Origin: Octopus sinensis
Lineage: Eukaryota
Length of the DNA stretch: 64,000 bases
Assembly: GCF_006345805.1 (NCBI RefSeq)
Contig: NC_042997.1
Coordinates: 11,222,001-11,286,000 of the forward strand
Direction: 5' to 3'
The notes under the pieces were generated by a model that was not told the DNA's origin, searched no databases, and saw only the letters and a program-made list of their open reading frames with translations. The position numbers and the translations under genes are program-made. Of this stretch, positions 25,304 to 36,400 are shown one piece after another. Each line of letters opens with the position of its first letter. Position 1 is the stretch's first letter.

Positions 25304-27554
25304 TACGACGGGCTTCTTTCAGTTTCCGTCTACCAAATCACTCACAAGGCTTTGGTCGGCCCGAGGCTATAGTAGAAGACACTTGCCCAAGATGCCACGC
25401 AGTGGGACTGAACCCGGAACCATGTGGTTGGTAAACAAGCTACTTACCACACAGCCACTCCTGCGCCTATAATCCTGCTCAGGATAATTACATAGGCACA
25501 GTTGTGGTGGCATCTTATTTGTTTATTACCCACAAGGGGCTAAACATAGAGGGGACAAAGGGATTAAGTTGATTATATCGACCCCAGTACGTAACTGGTA
25601 CTTAATTTATCGACCCAGAAAGGATGAAAGGCAAAGTCGACCTCAGCGGAATTTGAACTCAGAACGTAAAGACAGATGAAATACCTCTAAGCATTTTGTC
25701 TGGCGTGCTAACATCTCTGCCAGCTTGCCACCTTGTGTGGCGTCTTGGGCAAGTGTCTTCTGCTATAGCCTCAGGCCAACCAAAGCTTTGTGGGTGGAAC
25801 TGGTAGAAGGAAACTGAAAGAAGCCCACCATGTGTGTGTGTGTGTGTATGTCTTTACCACCACTGCTTGACAACCAGTGTTGGTATATTTATACCCCTGT
25901 AACTTAGCAGTTCAACAAAAGATACTGATAGAATAAGTACCCATCTTTAAAAAAAGAAAATAACTACTGGTGTCAATTTGGTCTATTAAAATCCTTTTAG
26001 ACAGTGCCCCAGCATGACCACAGTCTAATTAATGAGATAATTGGCAGCAGTCTTTGTTTCAGCACAGGTAGCTCTATCAGTCATTTTTATGTTATGTTTA
26101 TTCAAACACTTCTTAAGCCTTTCAAACCAGATTTTACTAATCAGACAAGCTTTTCCATTTGAAGTTTCACTTTCCTTTTTCTGCAAATCATCATAACCCG
26201 CCCCCTTTTTTTTTTATTGCACAACGCATCAAGTATGATCCTTGATTTATATTCCCAAGGGCCATTCCATTGTAAGCATCACATGACATTAGATCTAAGG
26301 CAAAGTAGGATCCAAGCATTTAAGAGAGTAACTTCTTGTACACTTAATTTTCTCTTTATTGCCTTGTACTGCTCTCACTGTAGACGTTGCAAGCTTTAAT
26401 GTTTTGGCGAAGTTGTTGATTCCTACCTCACCACCCTTACCCACCTGCATCAGGCTTTTTTAAAAATCAAATTTATCATCAAGTGTAATTCTTTTACAGT
26501 TCCTTTTCAAACTACTGCCTTCAGTTCCATTTGTTGGCCTCTCTCCAGATATGTTGAATTGTTGGCAAATCCAACAGCTATGGCGATCATCATCTGACAC
26601 AAGATCACCTCTCCTTGCAAATGATTTTCGTCTTGGTGTCCCTGCCAAAACAAGTGCCACTTAAAAAGTATCCAGTCCACAGGAAGGGCATCCAGCTGTA
26701 AAAACCTTGCCAAAACTGACCTTGTCTGTGCTTGTACCACATAAAAAGCACTAAGTCCACTCTGCTGAGTGGTTGATGTTAGGCAGGGCATCCAGCTGTA
26801 AAAATCCTGCCAAAACAATTACAGAAGTCTGGTGCAGGCTCCTGCCTGGCCAGCTCCTGCCTGGCCAGCTCCTGGCAAACCATCCCACCCATGCCAGCAT
26901 TGAAGGCGGGTGTTAAACAATGATGATAATAATGATGACAAATATGTAGTAAAAAATCATGGCTTTGGGAAAGAATTGTTTTTGTGAAAACAAAAAACAA
27001 TTGTTACTTCATTGCTATGGATGTACCAGGGTTTTCTGAAAATTCTCCCAGGGCTGTTTAATTGAAAATTCTATTTTACAAACCTTTTTTATGGCTTAAA
27101 TAACCACCTGCCTATAATAAGTGCCCATGGGCGGTAATATAGGTATAAAAAAAAAAAAACCATATTTATTTTATACAATTCCATTGAACTTCTATCGTTT
27201 TAGTTATCAGATATATAGACATAAAGAAACTGAAACAGTCTGAAGAAGTAGCATATTAAAATATATTCTGGAGTTAACAATGGATCTATTAGGAAATATT
27301 GAAAATTAAACTGTTGATAACATGAATAGAAGCCTCATATGAACAAATAATGTCCTTGGACATTTATAGTAGAATAATAACTGAATAGTTTCAAGTTAAA
27401 TGTCACGAATATCTTCATTTGTTGCTTGACCATAATTCACATCAGAGCTAATTTCACTTACTTGTATCTCATCTCCTTCTTCAATTTTTTCATTTTGTGC
27501 ATCGGGCACATTTACTTCAAGGCCAGACAAAACATCTTGTAAGCGTGAGTTTAA

Positions 27555-27775
27555 CCCTTTAGTGTTCGCATTATTCTGCCAAAATGAATGCTTTTTTATC
27601 CACTTTGCTTTGAAATAATCATGCATTATCTTGTAGTTATGAGATTTTGATGAGGTAGCTGTTAATTTTTAAAACGATATTGTAGGGTTGGTGTGAGAGA
27701 TCAGATCTGGCCAGTTTGAACATAAAACAGGCAGAATACTTTTGGCCGGATATGGCCAGTTTAAATGCTAAAGGG
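27555..27775. mobile_element. piggyBac-type MITE
   Basis: TTAA|CCCTTTAG ... CTAAAGGG|TTAA; TTAA TSD at 27551-27554 and 27776-27779. Confidence 0.8.
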
Positions 27776-29402
27776 TTAAGAGGCTATGTTCTACAGTCTG
27801 TCCATGAGGAGCAATTCCACTCTTTATAGTTTCTTTATTTAAAGTGGCCACAGCTTGTTGTTGCCAGCTGATTATTCAAAAGTCGGTAGTTCTAATTTTA
27901 GTGGCTGCATTCATCATATTGTTCTTGTTAATTACATTGTTGTTACTAAGCATTTGAGTTCAAATGTCAGTGAGGTCAACTTTGCCTTTCATCCTTTTGT
28001 TGTTGATAAAATAAGTATCAGTTGGGCCCTGAGGTTAATTTAATCGACTTATTCTCTCCCCAGAAATTGCTGGCCTTGTGCCTAAACTTGAAATCAATTA
28101 CATTGTGGTTGCTTAGTCTCAAGTCAATCTACATTGAGCTAGGATCAATCACATTTCATTCAACATTTAAAATAGACCACAGGACCAACCCATGCCAGCA
28201 TGGAAAATGGACATTAAAGATGATGATGATGATGATGATGATGTATTTTATTATTTTGTGTGATTGTTATTTTATATTTTTGATGGGATTGCTCCAGCTT
28301 GGTTTGGTAATGCCAGTGGTTGTAGTGGTTTTGATGTTAATGTTGGTTGCGCTGGTGTTGATGAGAGATAAACATAGTGGCGAAGCTTGATTTATACATG
28401 TGTGTATATGTTTGTTACTTCTTTACTGCCCACAGAGGGGACAAACAGGGACAGACAAAGGGATTAAGTCGATTTGATTGACCCCAGTACGCAACTGGTA
28501 TTTAATTTATCGACCCCGAAAGGATGAAAGGCAGAGTTGACCTCGAACTCAGAACGTAAAGACAGATGAAATACCGCTAAGCATTTCGCCCGGCGTGCTA
28601 ACGTTTCTGCCAGCTAGCCGCCTGTGTGTATATGTTTGTGTGTGTGTGTTTATCTTTTATCTCTTACTTGTTACAGTTATTGAACTGTGGCCATGCTGAG
28701 GCACTACTTTGAGGAGTTTTTAATCAAATGAATCAACCCCAGTACCTGAGTTCAAATGTCTGGTACTTATTCTATCAGTCTCTTTTGCCAATCTACTAAG
28801 TTAAAGGAATATAAACAAACTAACACTGGTGGTGGTGGTGGTGGGAACTTACTCAAACACAAATACACACACTCACACACACACACACACAGATGTGTAT
28901 GTGTCTTTTTTGCTTGTATTCATTAGGCATCTTTCGGTTTCTGTCTGCCAGATCCACACACAAAGCTTTGGTTGGCCCAAGGTTGTAGTCTACTAAGCTC
29001 TTCCCCAAGGTGGCTTCCAGTGGGACTGAACCCAGAACCATGTGGCTAGGAGGCAAACTCCTTACCACACATCCACTGGTTGGTGTTACAAAGGGCAACC
29101 AGCTGTAAAAATCCTGCCAAAACAGTCACAGAAGTCCAGTGCAGGCTTCGGCCTTGCCAGCTCTTGTAGTACCATCCCACCCATGCTAGCGTGGAACACA
29201 GACATTAAATGATGATACATATATATTTTTAATTTATTTATTGGAGTTGTTTAGTTTTTATGAAGCATTGTCTAGTAAAATATCTTTTAAAGCCAAAACG
29301 ATACAAGTTATAAAAAAAATCAATGTGTGTATATATATATATGTAACAAAGAAAGGCAGTTTTAAACTATTAATAAAATAGACTAAGTTCAAAATGTTTT
29401 CA

Positions 29403-29577
29403 TAGGCGTAGGAATGGCTGTGTGGTAAGTAGCTTGCTTACCAACCACATGGTTCCAGGTTCAGTCCCATTGCGTGGCACCTTGAGCAAGTGTCTTCTAC
29501 TATAGCCCTGGGCTGACCAAAGCCTTGTGAATGGATTTGGTTGACAGATACTGAAAGAAGCCCGTCATATATATGTG

Positions 29578-29640
<63 letters not shown>

Positions 29641-29866
29641 TTATATGTATGTGTGTGTATATTGTGTATTTGTGTTTGTCTCCCCAACATCACTTCACAA
29701 CCGATGCTGGTGTGTTTAGGTCTCTGTAACTTAGCGGTTCAGCAAAAGAGACTGATAGAATAAGTACTAGGCTTAGAAAGAATAAGTCCTGGGGTTGATT
29801 TGATTCAACTAAAGGCAATGCTCAAGCATGGTCGCAGTCAAATGACTGAAACAAGTAAAAGAATAA
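29403..29866 (+). mobile_element. SINE family A; further copies at about 28660-29060(-), 40390-40785(-), 49091-49466(+), 61498-61733(+, truncated)
   Basis: Same head/core/tail consensus; expanded (TA)n(TG)n interior. Confidence 0.85.
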
Positions 29867-29939
29867 AAAATAGTTTCAATGTCAATTTTGGGGGATGTAA
29901 TTAAAATTTTCTATGACCTCCCTTGTAGTATATTTATAT

Positions 29940-29964
29940 TGATGTTTGTTTTATTTTTCTACAG
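29940..29964 (+). promoter_or_regulatory. Candidate splice acceptor opening the large ZNF exon
   Basis: gtttgttttatttttctacag| strong pyrimidine tract plus AG at 29963-29964, 520 nt before the ORF. Confidence 0.45.
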
Positions 29965-30485
29965 ATGCATAAATTGTGTTATTAGAAAACATGGCATGAA
30001 TTGAAGATTGTGTCTTCAAGAAAATATAAGAAGAAAAGAATTTTGATTACAAGTTTATATCGAATTATCATCTAAAAGGCAGAAAAAATATCATCAAAAA
30101 GACAGAAAACAAAACCTCTAAGAAAAACATGTGCAAAGAATATCAAAAAATATAAATTTTTGAGGATTTACAACTCTATCTTTCATGGAATTTCATTCAT
30201 AATTTAAATAAATATTTTTAAAACCAGAAGATTTTGACAATTAAAACACTGAAATTTGTTTTAAAAAATCTACATGAAATAAAATTTTTGACAGAAAATT
30301 TCCAAAACTGATTGTGGACAAAAATCATTTACCTTTGTGTTGAAAAATCTTAAAAATTTGCTGCTGCTTAGATATCTTCTATATAAAACTTAGTGTATTT
30401 ACTGTGCAACTGAAACACTACTGATGCATCTATTAGAAATTGCATTGGATTTTCCCAATATGACTTTATCATTAAGAATAGAACC

Positions 30486-33400
30486 ATGCACAAAATAGTT
30501 GAATATTTACCTAAATTCAAATTGTCAGTTCATCTCCATCATCAGGTAACTTCTGGAAAATCCTGTCAGCAAATATTGTTACAAGAAACAGTTATCTTGT
30601 TATTCCAGTTGAGTTTTGAATCAAAGAGAAATGGTTGGAATTTAACTTCTCTCTACTTGGTCATTGCTTTTGAAAACAAGTTAGCAATAATTCCTCTGCT
30701 AAAAAATGCAGACAAGTTGCACAGTACCAGGGTATCAATTCAGTTTGTGATATTTTTCATTGCGAATAAACCAAATTCAGAGCATTTATTTTTTATATCT
30801 TATCCTGTCCATGAACTTGTAACTGACATTTCAATAAGTAGTCACAGCAACAAAATGTCCACAGATAAACATTCTTCTCTTAAATCAAGAAAATCCATCA
30901 AAAAGCATCGCTGTGAGTTCTGCAACAAAGAATTCATGAGCAGTTCTGCGTTGGTTATTCATAGACGCTCACACACCGGCTTGCGTCCTTACAAATGTCC
31001 ATTCTGCAGTCGAGCATTCTCTCAAATGACTGGAATCCAGCATCATATTCGTACTCACACCGGGGAGAGGCCATACGTTTGCAACATCTGCCATTTTAAA
31101 TTTTCTCGCTCAGATTCTTTAGCCAGACATATAAAGAAGCGGCATTCAAGCGTTCAAAATGGATTGGTAAAGAGAAAAAAGAAGACTTCAGAAATATCAA
31201 AGAAGCAGCTACTGCTTAGCTATTATAATAATTCCCACTCAGATCCTACTACTTCTCAGCTAACAGACTCTAGTTTTATACTCAATGGTTTTCTTGATGC
31301 ACCCACAGAATTTCAGTCTTCAAATTTAGGAATTAATTCAGATGTACATATTACTGATGATTCTTCTAAAAATTCACGTCTTAAGTTTCCAGATGAAATG
31401 CATTCTCATAATAAAGTAACTGATTCTTTCATCAGAGATAAAAGATATACACATTCTAGAATACAATCTCCAAGATTGAGAACTAAATCCATGGATAAAA
31501 AATATTCGTTTTCAAATTGTAATTTACCTGAATTCAGGTATTCTGAAGCAGCACACCAAAGAATTTCAGTTCCTCAAAATGAAATATCTGAAAATTCTAG
31601 GAAAAATTATAAAAGAACTGAAGAGACATCTTTGCTGCAGTCTAAAGTGAATAAAAGATGTAATTATAACCCAAATATAAGTTATACTAATAATTTGGAC
31701 AATATACACTTTAAAAATGTCAGTGATATAAGTATTTCCTCAGAACTAGAATCTAAGCTTCACAATAAACTAGATAATTACCAACATGCCAACAGAAGAA
31801 ATCTTGATACAAAGAGTGGTGGTAAATATCACAAGTGTTTCTTCTGTTTCAAGTGTTTTGCGAGTAAGTCTGCATTGAACATTCATAAAAGAATTCATAC
31901 TGGCATTCGTCCCTATGTCTGCAAAATGTGTGGTCGTTCATTTACCCAAAAAACTGGTTTGCGGCACCATTATAGGACTCACACACAAGAAAGACCTTAC
32001 AAATGTAGCATTTGCTTCTATGCATTCGCTAGATCTGATTCTCTTTTGCGGCACACAAAACTTCGACACAAGAAGCTGAAGAAAAAAGCCCCTGTTTATA
32101 ACAAGCAATTAAGAAAACCACCTGAATGCTATCCTAATTCAGAGCATTTTTTTGAAAAATCTGGTAGTTTTAAGCAAGTGGTACTTCAAAATGAAAGCAA
32201 TAATTTATTTGAAAATGATCGTCTGGTTGCAAAAAATGTTAATGATCTTGACATTCATGAATATTCTATTAGAAATAATAACAATTCCAACCATGTTTCA
32301 GTTGTTGATTCCACTCTGTTACTCGATCCATTAATAACAGTTTCTGATGAAATCAATTATGGTAGGCATCACGTACAGTCTACAGACTTTAGCAACAGTA
32401 ATTTGAGTTCTGGGGTAGTATTGAATATCGAGAGACCTGAAATCACTCACACAAATTCTCCTATCTACATAACTGATGATGAAGAAGAATTTGATGTCAT
32501 TTCATTCCCAGAAAAAAATGAAGATGTACCTGCTGTTAAATCCTGCTTGAAGCCCTCCACCAATTCTAAAAATACCACAGGAAAATATGGGAAAAAACGA
32601 AACCTTCCTTGTAATTTCTGTCACAAGACTTTCTCTAGTTTCTCGGTGCTGAAAGTTCATAGAAGAATCCACACTGGTGTTAGACCTTATCGGTGTAAGT
32701 TTTGTGGCCGTTCCTTTACTCAACAGACTGGTCTTACCCACCATCTGCGTACTCACACTGGAGAAAAACCCTACTCTTGTGGAAACTGTAATGCCCAATT
32801 TTCCAGATCCGATTCCTTGGCTCGTCACTGGAAACAGCAGCATTTAAAACACTCTAACACAAAAGGTAATCATTTGAAACAGATAAATAGAACTAAGAAA
32901 GATCATGTTAGTTCAAGCAGCACTGATGAAAATTTAAGCATTTCAGCAAAGGATGTCAGGCTTTCTGAATCTGAAACAAATAATGTACAAGAAATAAGTG
33001 ACAATACTTCAAGTTTAGATCAGGTAAATTTTGCATCAGTCGTTATAAAATCTGAAGTTTCTAACGATGAACCTGTTCCTGCTGTTATCTGTGATACTTC
33101 TTCTAAAGAGGATGCTGGCACTGCTGATAAACTGGGAACTGATGATCTCAGTCCAACATGGAAAAGTGGCAGTAGTTATAGAGATGATGGAAATTTCAGC
33201 AATATTGAAATTGAAACCTTTGAACCAGTTCGAAATGCATTTAGTCCTTCCAATGAACCAAACCTACAGTTGAAATGTTCTTCATGCAAAAAAGTGTTTA
33301 ACGACAAAACTCTGTTATCTTCTCATGTGTGTGAGGTAAATACAGAATATCAATGTTTTCTTTGTGATATGAACTTTAACAATACCATATTACTGGCTGA

Positions 33401-36400
33401 ACATATGAGTGAGCAGCATAATTTGAAACAAAACTGTAAAAGAGAAGGTGAGCTGTCACAATTTTCCTTCGAGGATGAATTTGGTTCTCTTGTAGAAATG
33501 GTAATCACCCATAATAATGACAGAGATGTTTGTCGTATTTATCTTAGTGACTTTTCTGAAAATACCCAAACCATAGAAATGAACATGGATGAGAAAATCA
33601 ATCAAAACCTTTCTGATATTTGGGAATCTACAGAGAATAGAAAACTTGAAGTTACTCAAAACTCTCCAGATGATTTTGATTCTAAAGCCAACATTTTCTG
33701 CCAATCTAATTACAATGCAGGCACTATAAATAACCACAAGGACAGTTCTGAAGATATTTTGCAAATTAAACTTGAGCAGGATCAACAGGAAATATCAGAT
33801 ATCGTCAGCCAGAACAATAGTAGCTTTGAGTCTTTCTGCTTGACTAACCAGGAGCAAGAATTTCGCAATGTCTTTGAACCAAATACTAACCCTCTTGGTA
33901 CACAGACAAATGGAATTAATTCTGAGGTTTCTAATTTTGTAGATAATAGCAGCGATGCTGGTATATCCATACCATTGTTGGATCTGAACCAGTGTAAGAC
34001 AGAAGATAACGACAGCAACACTGCTCCATTAAACAAAGATTCTAAGCAAACTAGAAACAAACAGCGCCAATGTGAATTCTGTAAGAAATCATTTAATAGC
34101 AAATGGGCTTTGATTATTCACCGCAGATCCCATACTGGTGAAAAGCCATACGAATGTGGGCACTGTGGCCGTGGTTTCAGTCAGTTATCTGGTGTTCAAC
34201 ATCATATTCTCACACATACTGGTGAGAGACCATTCGAGTGTCAAATTTGTCATTTCAGATTCGCTCGATCTGATTCATTGGTTCGACATACCAGGTTAAA
34301 ACATTCAGAATGTGCAAGAGAAAATGGTTCGAAAGAGGAGCCCAAGAAAGCTTCAACCCTCTCCAATAACCAAAGTTTAGTAAGGGACTTAAGGAATGCA
34401 TATAGTACAGATATGTTAGACATGGAGACAGATATGCAAAACGATTGTACAATGATTGAACCAATGTTACAAGATAAAAACTTGATTAACTTATCAGAAT
34501 ATCCTTTGCTTCTTTCATCTCAAGTGAAGGAACCTGACTCAAAGAAAAATTCTGAGGATCATATTACTTTGAAAGATATCCACAAGGAAGTTGATTTCGA
34601 TAAGGATATTAAAAATTGCAACATGTTAGACTTGTCTTTGCCTCCTTCGAAAGATATTTCTACCAAGCAGATAAAAACTTTTGATTGTAAATTTTGTGGG
34701 AGTCTGTTTCCAAATTCTGATGTTTTATTGCAACATCTAATGTTAAGTCATAGCAATGAAATTATTTTAAATGATATTAAAACAGATATCTTGCTAAAAT
34801 CTGGGCCTGAGCAAAATAAGAATTCATCTCAAGATTCCCTTAGTATTTCTGAGTCCAAAGAAGCTTTAACATTTCAGTCTAGTAATGTTTCATCATTCCC
34901 TGAAAATTGTCTGCAAAGGGATAGCATTTTGCATCTTTTAAAAGAGTATGATCTTGGTATGGTGACAGAAGATAATTCAACTTTGAATAGAGATGAAAGC
35001 AACCCTAATTTCAATGTTGATCTCAAATATATAGAAAATGTTGAAACTATTCCTTTAGACAGGTTAGAGCAAAATGGAGATGGTCAAGAAATGGACCGAA
35101 GTCAAAATTCTTTTCAAAATATCATAGATATTACAGAAACGGACTTTGATTTGAAAGAAACAAGTGTTGATGAAATCATAGAGAAAGATCTTAGCACTAG
35201 TGAAGAAAGAAATCTCAAAGATGTAGATGTTGGCAATGTTGAAGATAATAACAACAACAATAATGATGATGATGATGATGATGATGTTATATGCATCACA
35301 CCTGAGAATTTCCCTTCAAGTTTTCAGATGAATTCTTTGAAGGGTTTTGCTGAAGATTTTCATGTAACTGAAGAGAAAAGTTATGAAGCCTCTTACATAT
35401 CTCTCACAGATAATGACAACATGAGTGCAAGGGAAATAACGGAACAGTCTAACCGAAGCAATTCTTGTAGGTTTTGTGGCAAAAGTTTTCCTACTCAGTC
35501 GGCATTAAAAGTGCACCAACGCACACATACCGGCCTGCGTCCATATAAGTGTCCAACCTGTGACAGAGCATTCACACAGAAAGTCGGACTCCAGCATCAC
35601 GTCCGAACTCATACAGGAGAGCGGCCATATCAGTGTAAATACTGCATTCAGAAGTTTGCTCGGTCAGATTCTTTGGGTCGGCACATAAGACACAAGCATT
35701 TAAAAACAGCCAAGGATTTGAATTCTGTGAGTAACTATCAGAAAAGCCTTGTATCTCCTTTGTCCTTAGAATCAGATGCAAACCAAGAAGCAGCTAGAAA
35801 AAGGGAGATGAATGGAGGAAATTCCAATCAACTGGAATCGAATTTCATTGAGTCACCGGAACATTCTTCTAGTAAAAATCCTAATCAAACGGATTTTGTA
35901 ATGATGACTCCAAATTCATTTGGAGATTTATTTGTATTGGAGCCATCAGACAACCATGTTAAGAATAATCTGAATGAATGCTTCCAAGAATACATTAGTT
36001 ACTCTCGATTGAATGATGATAATCACATTGATAGGAAGACTATGTGTGACCAAATTGAAGAAAGAATGCAGAATAGTTCTTATTCTATTCCTAATACTAG
36101 CCTACTACAGTCTTCTGGTAACACACCAGGCAAGTCATCTGACACAATTGTTTTGGAAGAGATGGCAATAAATATAAGTGATTCTGAATGTAATTCACCT
36201 GAACAAAATACAACAATAAAATATGAAAATGATCTTACCTGTGATATTTGCTGCAAAGAATTCTCTAATTCACACCTGTTAATAAAGCACCTAAAAGATC
36301 ATATAAATGCTAGCAAAGAAACTGCAACCAATCCAGATAAAACCATCTCTGGTCCTGTTCCTACTTGTTATCTTATAGACCTCAGTGATGAGAGCTTAGA

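Larger units (their letters stand above)
22940..26570 (-). pseudogene. Fossil Tigger/pogo transposase, fragmented by nested SINE/LINE insertions
   Basis: Minus-strand pieces in order: CENP-B-like HTH KRITLDDK..LATSTVRAV..NKEKIK (26570-26040); GGSYAPEQVYNIDD..PGFKASKN.LT.LLGGNATG.KLKPLL (25060-24800); WYSNKKVWMTKSLF..TTSLLQQMD (24390-24120); VTLANNVGFEEV (23740-23510); HLSNEELKQ..AFIEEGL (23270-22940). Confidence 0.8.

Noticed and set aside
32152-35781. Antisense and alternate-frame ORFs within the ZNF CDS (likewise 45992-46324 and 54995-55327 over RPL21)
   Set aside because: Shadow ORFs of real coding sequence, with no recognisable domains
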